DNA of 64,000 nt from Tolypothrix carrinoi HA7290-LM1 (GTDB lineage: Bacteria; Cyanobacteriota; Cyanobacteriia; Cyanobacteriales; Nostocaceae). The stretch lies in contig JAHHIK010000023.1 in assembly GCA_019358935.1 (NCBI GenBank), forward strand, positions 20,001 through 84,000. The letters are read 5' to 3'. Below the pieces are notes generated by a model. That model was given only the letters and a program-made list of their open reading frames with translations, did not search any database and was not told the DNA's origin. A program made the translations under genes and the position numbers. Positions within the stretch are counted from its first letter, which is position 1. Each line of letters starts with the position of its first letter. Positions 50,457 through 60,566 of this stretch are shown piece after piece.

Positions 50457-52601
50457 TTAATTATTTTTCTGAGCATTACCAACGACGCCTAAAACACTCA
50501 TTCGCGAAAGTTTCAAGTTATCCAAAGCTCGCTTGAGAACAGAACTGTCTGTTTTGTCCATCCTTACCACAAGCAAAATTCCATTAGTGTGGGGTGCTAT
50601 CAGGCTAGCATCAGCTAGTCCAACTAATACAGGAGCGTCATATATCACCAAGTCAAAGCTATTATGAAATTCTTCCATCAGTCGCTTCATCTTTTCCGAC
50701 GAGAGCAACTTAGTGGGATCGGGTGGTATGGGTCCCGAAGTAATTACAGATAATTCGTTCATAGAAGGTAGTTGCCGAATCACCTCTTTGACTGGTAAGT
50801 TTGTCGAAATCAAATTACTCAATCCCCAAAGATTATTTAAATTTGATAAAGTGTGAATCGTCGGCTGACGCAGATCGGCATCTATAAGTAGTACTCGTTG
50901 CCCCATTGCTGTAGCTATTTGAGCTAAATGAAATGCAACTGTAGACTTACCGTCACCAGACATGGCTGAACTAATAATTATCGAGCGAATTGGGCGATCG
51001 GAACTGAGCAGTTGAATATTCGTACAAAGTACCCGTAAAGCTTCCAAAAATTTGGGGGAATAATTGCTATAGTCCTGGTCGGGTATTACAGCTAACCCAG
51101 GAACACTCTCACGCAGCGAATCTGTTACTCTGACTATGGGAATGTTTTGTTTGGTTGTGTTATGTTGACCATTTTGGAGTTGCTTTTCAAATGGAATAGT
51201 TCCTAACAACGGCAGTTTGATTTTCTCTTTCAGGGCAGCGGCGGTATGATAGGTATTGTCCAGTTTTTCAATTAGTATGGCGATGCCAATTCCTATGGCT
51301 AGCGAAGCGAAAAATCCCGAAATCAAATTACGTTTGATATCCGAAGATAAAGGACTTTCAGGTTTACTTGGGGCTTGAATTAACTGCCAAGGTAGTTCTG
51401 TCTGAGCCACCTGAATTTGCAGTGTTTCGCGGGTAGCAAGAAAACGATTCAAGCTTTCAGTTGCAACCTGCAATGTTCGCTGCATTTCGGTATATTGTCG
51501 TGTCAAAACTGGCAATTGCTTGCGTCTTTCTTCAAGTTTCTGTTCGGCTTTGGCAAGCTCTTGGCTCTGCACTTCTAAAGTTTGAACTTGAGTCGCTACG
51601 TCTGCAACTTTTACATCCAAAAAGCGCTGCGCTTCCTGACGTAGCAAAGGCAGCAGGTTGTCTCGTTTCTCCTTTAATGTTCGCATGTTTGGGCTATCTG
51701 ACTGGAAACGAGCTGACTCCGCAGCAATCTGAGTTTCCAATTGACGCACCTGAATAATTAACTGCTGATATACAGTAGCATTATTCAACGCTGCCAGTTC
51801 TCCGTTTTGTGCTTGTAAGCCAGCTAAATTAGCACGAGCTTGTGCCAATTGCTGATTAACTGCTAATCGTTGCCCAGATAATATGTTGACTTGATTAGCG
51901 ATTTGCTCTGCCTGGGTGTCTGGGTCGATAAAGTCGTATTTTTGCCGGAAATTTTGCAAATCTTTTTGAATTTCATCAACTCGTTTCTGTAAGGATGGCA
52001 GTTGTTTTTCAACAAACTGAATCCCCTGACGCAACTTGGTTTGCCGCTTTTCCAGGCTGTAATTTAAGTAATCCGTAGCAATTTGATTTAGTACTACTTT
52101 AGTCTTATTTGCATCGTTACTTCGATAGCGAACTTCTATAATCTTGGTTGTACCTAAGCGAATAATAGTCAGAGAATTTAGAAGAGAATCATAATCTATT
52201 TCTGGATAGGAACCTTGCAATTGCTTAACAATGTTCCCCATCAGTTCAGGACTCTTGAGGACTTGAATTTGACTTTCGTAATCTAGACTAGACTTGGCTA
52301 CGTTAGCGTCTTTGACAACATCCAGCATTTTGGTATCATCATTAACAGGTTCCACTAATAGCCGAAAATTGCCTTCATATTCTGGTTTTTGCGAGAGTGC
52401 TTGGCTGACAACAATTGCCATCACAACAGTGGCTACCCCTGCAATGATAAGCGATCGCCGCCGTAAAATACCCAGAAAATCACGAAAATTCCAATCATTT
52501 TCTTGTCCTTCCGACTCCGTAAAAGGTTGAGTCTGAAGAAATGGAGAGCTAAAGTTCCTATTTTGGTCAGAACTTGAGGGTTGAGAAGAATTATTCTCCA
52601 T
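50457..52601 (-). CDS. GumC/Wzc-family polysaccharide co-polymerase with BY-kinase domain
   Basis: Two TM helices flanking a coiled coil; GDGKST, IDADLRQP, VIYDAP. Confidence 0.9.
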   Translation of the reverse strand: MENNSSQPSSSDQNRNFSSPFLQTQPFTESEGQENDWNFRDFLGILRRRSLIIAGVATVVMAIVVSQALSQKPEYEGNFRLLVEPVNDDTKMLDVVKDANVAKSSLDYESQIQVLKSPELMGNIVKQLQGSYPEIDYDSLLNSLTIIRLGTTKIIEVRYRSNDANKTKVVLNQIATDYLNYSLEKRQTKLRQGIQFVEKQLPSLQKRVDEIQKDLQNFRQKYDFIDPDTQAEQIANQVNILSGQRLAVNQQLAQARANLAGLQAQNGELAALNNATVYQQLIIQVRQLETQIAAESARFQSDSPNMRTLKEKRDNLLPLLRQEAQRFLDVKVADVATQVQTLEVQSQELAKAEQKLEERRKQLPVLTRQYTEMQRTLQVATESLNRFLATRETLQIQVAQTELPWQLIQAPSKPESPLSSDIKRNLISGFFASLAIGIGIAILIEKLDNTYHTAAALKEKIKLPLLGTIPFEKQLQNGQHNTTKQNIPIVRVTDSLRESVPGLAVIPDQDYSNYSPKFLEALRVLCTNIQLLSSDRPIRSIIISSAMSGDGKSTVAFHLAQIATAMGQRVLLIDADLRQPTIHTLSNLNNLWGLSNLISTNLPVKEVIRQLPSMNELSVITSGPIPPDPTKLLSSEKMKRLMEEFHNSFDLVIYDAPVLVGLADASLIAPHTNGILLVVRMDKTDSSVLKRALDNLKLSRMSVLGVVGNAQKNN

Positions 52602-54070
52602 TATTTCTGAATACTTGCTAACAAGTCAAATAAGATTTTTATAAAATTTTCCAGCAATAATTCAACCATAACAGCAATCTTAGTGATGCAAACACTATAG
52701 TAGAAGGTTATTGCAAGCTGATACCTGACAAGCTTATTTTAATCCGTATATAACACGGCTTATCACTTATTATGACATTAATTAATATATTTTATTTGTG
52801 ATTGTTAACGCTATAAGTGCCCTCGTCCCCCACGCTCCACGGTACTTTGTAGGTAAATAAATCGCCCGCCGTCAGACTCAGATCCAAGGGTAGCAACTTT
52901 TGGCGAGTGCGATCGCACTCCTCATAAACCCCAAAACACGCTTATGCGTGATTTATTTTTCTGATTTTCTCTAAGCTTGACTTTTTTCCATTTTCTTGAA
53001 CTATTTTGCCAGGTTTTTGAAGAATTTTTAGATTTAACTATTAGACATCTAAAAAACGCATAATTTTTTTTAGCTCAAGCTATTACGCATCTATATTATA
53101 CAGTTAATAAAATAATTCCTTTGGCTGATTACACAATTTTAAGTTTTATTTTATACTAATTATTTTTGGTGCTGAGGATAATTGATATCGCAGATTAAAT
53201 AATTAAAAATGAAGATGAAACTTGTATTTGAGCCAATAAATCTCTTGAGGCTTTGACCGAATAAATACTTAGGTATTGTACTTTTTGTATAAAGTCATTA
53301 AGGATTTATACATAAATAAATCGTAATTTTATGAAGATAGTGTAAAAAAGAAGCATATTTATATAAATTTTTCATGAAGTACATAAGTAAATTTCAAACA
53401 TGGTATTCTAATTAAAAATTACATGTAAAGATAAAAAAGGAACAGCATATTCTGGACAAGAATTACATGTAATAGTAAAAAAAATCACTTGAAGGCTAAT
53501 ATGATATGATGCCAATCTCATTTAATTCAGGGGTGCTCCGAGTTTTTAACCAGAAGGCAGTTTAGAATGGCGGCTACTACCTTAATAGTCTCTGGAAACA
53601 AAGTCAAGAAAAGTTCTGTATTCAGAGAAAGCATAGCGACTTTCCTTAAAGTCTAAGGTTTGAGTAGTAGCAAATGTTGTTAATCAGATTTGTTGAAAGT
53701 GTTGTGTGTTTTGATGTCTGTGTCATGTGTTGTTCTGTCCAAAAGAAGTACGTATTCTCAACTCAAATGACATGCAGCTTTGTATAAATAGGCTACAGAG
53801 CTTGCAGATACGTCCTGTGAGTTTCAGGAAAATTTTGCACAGACTAATACATCGCCCAGCTCGAATGAGTTTAGCTTTGTATTAATCTGCACCACTAGGT
53901 CGGCTTGCCGTTACCTTCTGTGACTCTTGGGATTTTACCCGCTAATTAACACTCGTACATCGCAGTCAAGCAATTGTACAGATTTATAAAGCCGGGTAAA
54001 TTTTTCATGTCAATTAATGGCTTGGCTTGAGTATTTCAGTGGCGTTTTAAAGAAGATTAGGGTGTAGCCG

Positions 54071-55420
54071 ATGAGACTTAATGAATGGATTAATATCAAG
54101 TTATTTCAATCGCTCTCTTCTGGGTTAGAAAGTAAGAATCAGCATTCTCTAAAAAATCAACAGTCGATCAAATTGTCTGTAATTACTCAGTTTTTCCCGC
54201 CAGACTATGCGGCAACAGGACAGTTGGTTGAGGAACTTGTGAGACATTTAGGGTCTCTTGGGATAGACATTGAGGTTTTTACCAGTCAGCCTGGATATGC
54301 GTTTCGGACTCAATACGCTCCAGCAGTTGAACGGATAGGTCGAGTGCGAATTCAGCGATCGCGCACTGCTCAACTTTGGCTTGGGCGAATTCGCGGCAAA
54401 GCTGTCAATGGTATTTTGTATACGTTGCGGGCAGGGCTGCATCTATTTAGGGCGAGACATCGCAACAATGTCTTATTAGTGACAACAGCTCCGCCATTTT
54501 TGCCACTTGTGGGATATCTGGGTTATCTGTTGTTTAAAATTCCTTATGTTTGCATCCTCTATGACCTTTATCCGGATATAGCGATCGCTCTGGGTGTAAT
54601 TCCCAAGCATCACTGGCTAGCGCGATTATGGCAAGCGCTGAATAAAAAAATTTGGCGAAACGCTAAGGCGATCGTCGTTCTCAGTCCAGCGATGAAACTA
54701 CAAGTGGCGGCGAATTGTTCGCAGATAGCCGATAAAATTTCTGTGATTCACAGTTGGGCTGACCCTGACTCAATTGTGCCAATTGCCAAGCAAGAAAACT
54801 GGTTTGCGTGGAAGTACAACCTAGTTAAGAAATTTACCGTACTCTACTCCGGTAATCTGGGTCGGTGTCATGACATGGATACCATCCTAGAAGCGGCAAA
54901 GCAACTGCAAGATGAGCCAATTCAGTTCGTCTGCATTGGTGGTGGAGCAAAACGCGATGAGTTGATTTCGCAAGTGAATCAATTAGGGTTGAGCAATTTT
55001 ATGTTTCTACCCTATCAAGACAAGGAGGTGTTGCCCTACTCACTAACAGCTTGCGATCTGTCGCTCGTGAGTGTGGATGAGTGTACGGAAAATTTAGTCA
55101 CGCCAAGCAAGCTTTACTCAGCTTTAGCGTCGGGAAGACCGATCGCAGTGATTTGCTCACAGTATTCATACCTGAGACAACTCATTGCCGAAGCCAACTG
55201 TGGTGGCACATTTGAGAATGGAGACGGTAATGGTCTAGCTCAATTTATTCGCTTGCTGAGTCGCGATCGCCAACTAGGGGAACGCATGGGTAAAGCCGGA
55301 CGTCAATATTTGCGATCGCATTTCACACCCAAAATTATCTCCAAACAATATTTTGATGTTTTGGCAAGAGTGATATTATCTGAGGATGTGAGATTTATGT
55401 CTCAAAATCTCACAGAGTAA
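54071..55420 (+). CDS. GT4 glycosyltransferase (WcaI-like)
   Basis: TQFFPPDYAATG, YSGNLGRCH, PSKLYSALASGRP. Confidence 0.88.
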   Translation: MRLNEWINIKLFQSLSSGLESKNQHSLKNQQSIKLSVITQFFPPDYAATGQLVEELVRHLGSLGIDIEVFTSQPGYAFRTQYAPAVERIGRVRIQRSRTAQLWLGRIRGKAVNGILYTLRAGLHLFRARHRNNVLLVTTAPPFLPLVGYLGYLLFKIPYVCILYDLYPDIAIALGVIPKHHWLARLWQALNKKIWRNAKAIVVLSPAMKLQVAANCSQIADKISVIHSWADPDSIVPIAKQENWFAWKYNLVKKFTVLYSGNLGRCHDMDTILEAAKQLQDEPIQFVCIGGGAKRDELISQVNQLGLSNFMFLPYQDKEVLPYSLTACDLSLVSVDECTENLVTPSKLYSALASGRPIAVICSQYSYLRQLIAEANCGGTFENGDGNGLAQFIRLLSRDRQLGERMGKAGRQYLRSHFTPKIISKQYFDVLARVILSEDVRFMSQNLTE

Positions 55421-56137
55421 GTTATTGGGGATATTGGGCTGGCACTGCCAATAGATATTCAGCTTGGGAACATAAATATTTGCGCTTTTATTGTTACCCA
55501 ATCTAAATATTCTCTTGAGTGGAGGCAATAGAATTTACCACGTTTTGACAAAGTATCTACCATCAAAAATAAGATTAGTAATACTTATATTACTATGATT
55601 TGCCATCCTGAATACTTACTGGAGCAACAAACCTGTCAAATTCCGGTGAGTAAACATTTACCTTTTTAATTTGAGTCAGATAATGAGGCTCAAATTAACC
55701 GACAATTTCCATCTTCTTGTGGCGAAACAGTTAGATATTGAAGGATTAAATATTATGAACACTTAACAGGTTAAGAAAAGTTATTGCTAGATACTAACAG
55801 CACTTGCAATTGTTTGCTTGGGCTAAGTTTCTCTTACTTTCTAACTTGTTGTCAACTGGAAAATCAGTTTATTTTGTTTTCATATTTAATTGAGTTAAGA
55901 GTAAAAATGTGAGGAAAAAGTGTAAGATATTACATATATCGCTCAAATAAAAAAACATTGATTTTTATTGAGATTATTCTCAATTGATGCCGACACTGGA
56001 AACAGATAAGGCAACAAGCAACGAAAATTGAATAATTAGTTATGAATTAGGAGTTTGGGCTTCGATGGTCTTTTTGATCTCAGTCCCTCCAACGTAACCT
56101 TCATGATTGTCTAATCTTTTATCGTGGGAGGTCGAAA

Positions 56138-56566
56138 TTGCAGAGAAGGTGTGACCGAAATCGGAAACGTTCAAAACGACGAGCCATATATTGTCCAGTT
56201 CATAGTTGCTATCTCGATAGCATGAGTCAAAAATATCAGTTGTTTGCCGATCGCCCGGGGCAGTTGCAGCAACGGGGTATGAGCCGGCGAAGTGCATTGA
56301 TGCTCGTAGCATCCCAAACTACAGTTCCTATAGATGGAGAATGGTTAGAAGCTTTCTGGTGCGAGCAGTGCCAAGCGACAAAATGGTATCACGTTCGTAA
56401 GTCCGATGAGCGCACCTATGAACTTTCAGCAGCGCCACGGGAGCTTTGGCAACAGGTATCAGGGGTAATCGATCCTCAGGGGAATCCTTCTGTGGGAGAG
56501 TTTACTCGCAGGCATTCACGGCTAGTTGGTTGTAACAGCATCAAAGATTTCAAGTTTGTCAGTTAA
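56138..56566 (+). CDS. Hypothetical Cys/His-rich basic protein
   Basis: 142-aa ORF with CPVH and CEQC motifs, 10 bp upstream of wzm; TTG start preceded by GGGAGG. Confidence 0.7.
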   Translation: MQRRCDRNRKRSKRRAIYCPVHSCYLDSMSQKYQLFADRPGQLQQRGMSRRSALMLVASQTTVPIDGEWLEAFWCEQCQATKWYHVRKSDERTYELSAAPRELWQQVSGVIDPQGNPSVGEFTRRHSRLVGCNSIKDFKFVS

Positions 56567-56576
56567 GTATCAATTT

Positions 56577-57416
56577 ATGAGTAGTCAAGACGCTGACAAC
56601 CACGAGTTAGTCATTGAAGCAGGACGTGCCGAAAAGCAATATTGGAAAGATTTGTGGCGCTATCGGGAACTGTTCTATTTTCTTGCTTGGCGTGACATTT
56701 TGGTGCGTTACAAGCAAACTGCGATCGGCATGGCTTGGGCATTGATCCGACCATTTTTGACAATGGTGGTGTTCACCGTCGTCTTTGGAAATATCGCAAA
56801 ATTACCGTCGGAGGGAGTACCATATCCGATTTTAGTATTTGCTGCCCTGCTACCTTGGCAGTTTTTTTCCACTGCGTTAGCTGAGTGCAGCAACAGTTTA
56901 ATTAGCAATGCCAACTTGATTTCTAAAGTCTACTTTCCGCGTTTGATTGTACCCATTAGTGCAGTGATTGTCAGCTTTGTAGACTTCATGGTTTCCGGCA
57001 TGATTCTCTTGGGGCTGATGGCTTGGTATAACTTTGTTCCCAGTTGGCGCATACTCACACTACCATTATTTATCGGCATTGCCTTTGCCGCATCAATCGG
57101 AGTTGGTTTGTGGTTAGCAGCGTTAAATGTAGAATACCGAGATTTTCGGTATATTGTGCCATTTATTGTGCAATTTGGCTTATATATATCGCCCGTAGGT
57201 TTTAGTAGCAACCGAGTTCCAGAGCAATGGCGTTTACTGTATTCTTTAAACCCAATGGTAGGCGTAATTGATGGCTTTCGCTGGGCTATTTTAGGTGGAA
57301 CTTCAAAAATTTACATGCCTGGATTCATGCTATCTGTGGGATTAGTTTTCTTTTTATTGGTAAGCGGCATTTGGTATTTCCGCAAAATGGAACGGACATT
57401 TGCTGACGTAATTTAG
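56577..57416 (+). CDS. wzm: ABC-2 polysaccharide exporter permease (Wzm/RfbA)
   Basis: RDILVRYKQTAIGMAW, LISKVYFPR, YRDFRYIVPF, LNPMVGVIDGFRW. Confidence 0.9.
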   Translation: MSSQDADNHELVIEAGRAEKQYWKDLWRYRELFYFLAWRDILVRYKQTAIGMAWALIRPFLTMVVFTVVFGNIAKLPSEGVPYPILVFAALLPWQFFSTALAECSNSLISNANLISKVYFPRLIVPISAVIVSFVDFMVSGMILLGLMAWYNFVPSWRILTLPLFIGIAFAASIGVGLWLAALNVEYRDFRYIVPFIVQFGLYISPVGFSSNRVPEQWRLLYSLNPMVGVIDGFRWAILGGTSKIYMPGFMLSVGLVFFLLVSGIWYFRKMERTFADVI

Positions 57417-57422
57417 GATAAA

Positions 57423-57454
57423 AATTCATAATTCATAATTCATAATTCATAATT
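57423..57454. repeat. (AATTCAT)4 heptamer STRR
   Basis: Direct inspection. Confidence 0.8.
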
Positions 57455-57594
57455 AGGCGTTGCTGATAAGTTTTGTAGGGTGCGTTACGCTCCGCTAACG
57501 CAACGGCAATATTGGGGGAGGAAAATCCACACCCCAATTTGCCTCCCCTACGTGTATTTCTGAGTTTAAAATAATTTTTTTGGAGTAAATCAAA

Positions 57595-58905
57595 ATGCTT
57601 TTAAAAGAATTCAAAGATAAAATCGAAAATAAATCAGCAAAAATTGGAATTATTGGTTTGGGATATGTAGGATTGCCAATTTTAACAGCTTTTGCCAAAA
57701 AAGGTTTTTCAGTACTAGGATTTGATGTAGATCGACAGAAAATTAATCAAATTCAAGCTGGGCAATCATATATAAAACATATTCCTTCCGAAGATTTAAA
57801 AAATCACTTAATTGATGTCACCAGCGATATGAGTCGTTTGGGGGAAGTTGATGCGATCGCCATTTGTGTTCCTACTCCTTTAAATATACATAGAGAGCCT
57901 GATTTAAGTTACGTTGTCGATACAACTTATGCGATCGCTCGTTCTTTAAAAATAGGACAGTTGATTATTTTAGAAAGTACAACTTACCCAGGTACAACCA
58001 AAGAAGTAGTGCTACCGATACTTTCTCGCAGCGGGTTTATAGTAGGTGAAGACTTTTCGCTTGCTTACTCTCCCGAACGCGAAGATCCGGGAAATGAAAA
58101 TTACTCTTTAGTTAATGTCCCAAAAGTAGTAGGTGGAATCACAACTTTATGCCGCGATTTAGCTGAAACTCTCTACAATCAAATAATTGCCACAACTGTT
58201 CCTGTATCATCAACTCAAACCGCAGAAGCAACTAAAATTCTCGAAAATATTTACCGTGCAGTCAATATTGCTTTGGTAAATGAATTAAAGATTTTGTTTC
58301 AAAAAATGGATATAGATATCTGGGAAGTGATTGAAGCCGCAAAAACCAAACCCTTTGGTTTTCATGCTTTTTATCCAGGCCCCGGATGGGGTGGACATTG
58401 TATTCCTATAGATCCATTTTATTTAACATGGAAAGCCAGAGAATATGATGTTTCTTTACGATTTATTGAATTGGCAGGTGAAGTTAACACTTTAATGCCT
58501 AACTATGTAGTAGAGAAGTTAGTTGCAGCACTGAATAATCACGGCAAACCTTTGAAAAATTCCCGGATTTTAATTTTAGGAGTAGCTTATAAGAAAAATG
58601 TGGACGACCAGCGAGAAAGTCCTTCTTTGAAAATAATTCAGCTTTTACAAAGGCAAGGAGCGCATATAGAATATCACGATCCTTATGCTCTGACGTGTTC
58701 CAATCATCGTCATTATCCAGAAATAAACTTACAATCTGTATCTTTAACTCAAGAAAATTTGCAGAAGTTTGATGCGGTCATCATTACCACCGCTCATGAC
58801 AATGTAGACTATGATTTGGTAGCCGAATATTCATCTTTAATAGTTGATACCCGCAACGTTTTAGCGGCAAAAGGTTTAAAAACAGAAAATACCGTTGTTG
58901 CTTGA
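57595..58905 (+). CDS. UDP-N-acetylglucosamine 6-dehydrogenase, WbpA-like
   Basis: GLGYVGLP, CVPTP, ESTTYPGTT, SPEREDPGN, GGHCIPIDP. Confidence 0.88.
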   Translation: MLLKEFKDKIENKSAKIGIIGLGYVGLPILTAFAKKGFSVLGFDVDRQKINQIQAGQSYIKHIPSEDLKNHLIDVTSDMSRLGEVDAIAICVPTPLNIHREPDLSYVVDTTYAIARSLKIGQLIILESTTYPGTTKEVVLPILSRSGFIVGEDFSLAYSPEREDPGNENYSLVNVPKVVGGITTLCRDLAETLYNQIIATTVPVSSTQTAEATKILENIYRAVNIALVNELKILFQKMDIDIWEVIEAAKTKPFGFHAFYPGPGWGGHCIPIDPFYLTWKAREYDVSLRFIELAGEVNTLMPNYVVEKLVAALNNHGKPLKNSRILILGVAYKKNVDDQRESPSLKIIQLLQRQGAHIEYHDPYALTCSNHRHYPEINLQSVSLTQENLQKFDAVIITTAHDNVDYDLVAEYSSLIVDTRNVLAAKGLKTENTVVA

Positions 58906-58953
58906 GTGCCAAATAATCTGCTATCTTTTATTATTGGGGATTTTCAATTGTTT

Positions 58954-59964
58954 ATGACATCTCACTTTGATAAATATGTAGCAGTAATAGGCTGTGGATA
59001 CTGGGGTAAAAATTTAGTTCGAGAATTTGCTCAATTAGGTGTACTGCGGATAATTTGTGATTCCAGCCAGCAAATTTTAGAAGACTTAAAAACAAAATTT
59101 GATGTTGAGGCAGTTTCTGACTTTGCCAAAATATTAGCAATGCCAGATGTACAAGCGGTAGTAATTGCTACCCCAGCACCAACTCATGCAAGTTTGGCAG
59201 TGCAAGCATTAGCTGCCGGCAAAGATGTGTTTGTTGAGAAACCTTTGGCTTTGACGTTAGAAGATGCACTTTTGATAGAAGCTGCTGCTTTTAAAAGCAA
59301 TGCCATTCTCATGGTTGGACATTTACTAGAGTACCACCCAGCTTTAGTTAAACTTCGCGCTCTTGTAGCTGAAGGAAAAATTGGTAAACTGCGATATATT
59401 TATTCCAATCGCTTAAGTTTTGGTAAAGTTAGAACTGAAGAAAATGTGCTTTGGAGTTTTGCTCCTCATGATATATGTTCAATTCTCGGATTCGTTGGCA
59501 AATTACCTGTATCTGTACAAGCTGTAGGTAGTGCGAACTTAGGCAAAGTTGAAGACTTTTGTCTTGTAAATCTGGAATTTGAGCAAATCAAAGCTCATAT
59601 TTTTGTCAGTTGGTTGCATCCTTTTAAAGAACAGCGACTGGTAGTAGTTGGAGATTCTGGTACGCTAGTATTTGATGATGTTTCTGTAGATGCCAAGCTG
59701 ACTTTTTACGACCAGCAAGCTGAATTGCAAGATAACATTCCCGTACTCAAATTAAATTCTAAAATTGTCATTTCTATTGAGGCAGCATCACCTTTAACGC
59801 AAGAATGCAAACATTTTCTCAGTTGTGTAGAAAGCAGACAGACTCCTCTAACCAGCGTTAAAAACGGGATTGATGTTTTGACTGTTTTACAGTCCGCTCA
59901 AGAATCGCTAAAATCTTCAGGAAAAGCTATTCACTTAAAGGAGGTTCAAGTTGTCAACGGATAG
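58954..59964 (+). CDS. Gfo/Idh/MocA oxidoreductase, WbpB-like C3 dehydrogenase
   Basis: GCGYWGKN, VEKPLA, SFAPHD; likely ATG at 58954. Confidence 0.8.
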   Translation: MTSHFDKYVAVIGCGYWGKNLVREFAQLGVLRIICDSSQQILEDLKTKFDVEAVSDFAKILAMPDVQAVVIATPAPTHASLAVQALAAGKDVFVEKPLALTLEDALLIEAAAFKSNAILMVGHLLEYHPALVKLRALVAEGKIGKLRYIYSNRLSFGKVRTEENVLWSFAPHDICSILGFVGKLPVSVQAVGSANLGKVEDFCLVNLEFEQIKAHIFVSWLHPFKEQRLVVVGDSGTLVFDDVSVDAKLTFYDQQAELQDNIPVLKLNSKIVISIEAASPLTQECKHFLSCVESRQTPLTSVKNGIDVLTVLQSAQESLKSSGKAIHLKEVQVVNG

Positions 59965-60562
59965 TACTTCGACAGCAAAAAATTTAGATTATTTTGTACA
60001 CGAATCAGCTTATGTTGATTTGCCGTGTACTATTGGTGCAGGAAGTCAAATCTGGCATTTTAGCCACATTATGAAAGATGTGGTGATTGGTGAAAAATGT
60101 AAAATTGGACAAAATGTATTTGTTGCTTCTGAGGTGAAAATTGGACGAAATGTGAAAATTCAAAATAACGTTTCTGTCTATGCGGGTGTAATTTTAGAAG
60201 ATGATGTTTTTTGCGGTCCCAGTTGTGTTTTTACCAATATAAATACACCGCGATCGGCTTTTCCTCGCAATACAATCGATGATTATTTAGTAACTTTGGT
60301 GAAGCAAGGAGCGACAATTGGTGCAAACGCGACAATTGTTTGCGGTCATACAATTGGACGTTATGCATTTATCGGTGCTGGTTCAACTGTGACAAAAGAT
60401 ATTGCCGATTACGCACTAGTTTATGGAAATCCGGCAAAGCAAGTTGGTTGGATGTGTGAGTGCGGTGCAAAGTTAGATGAATTTGAAAAAACTACTGTTT
60501 GTAAAGCTTGCGATCGCACGTATGAATATTGCGGTGAAAATCAAATTAAAAGGATAGAATGA
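59951..60562 (+). CDS. Hexapeptide N-acetyltransferase, WbpD-like
   Basis: IWHFSHI, KIQNNVSVY, FCGPSCVFTN, GNPAKQVGWMCECG. Confidence 0.85.
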   Translation: MSTDSTSTAKNLDYFVHESAYVDLPCTIGAGSQIWHFSHIMKDVVIGEKCKIGQNVFVASEVKIGRNVKIQNNVSVYAGVILEDDVFCGPSCVFTNINTPRSAFPRNTIDDYLVTLVKQGATIGANATIVCGHTIGRYAFIGAGSTVTKDIADYALVYGNPAKQVGWMCECGAKLDEFEKTTVCKACDRTYEYCGENQIKRIE

Positions 60563-60566
60563 CATT

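Noticed and set aside
53567..53656. 29-aa ORF MAATTLIVSG... in the EPS intergenic region
   Set aside because: No clear RBS or recognisable features; length compatible with chance.
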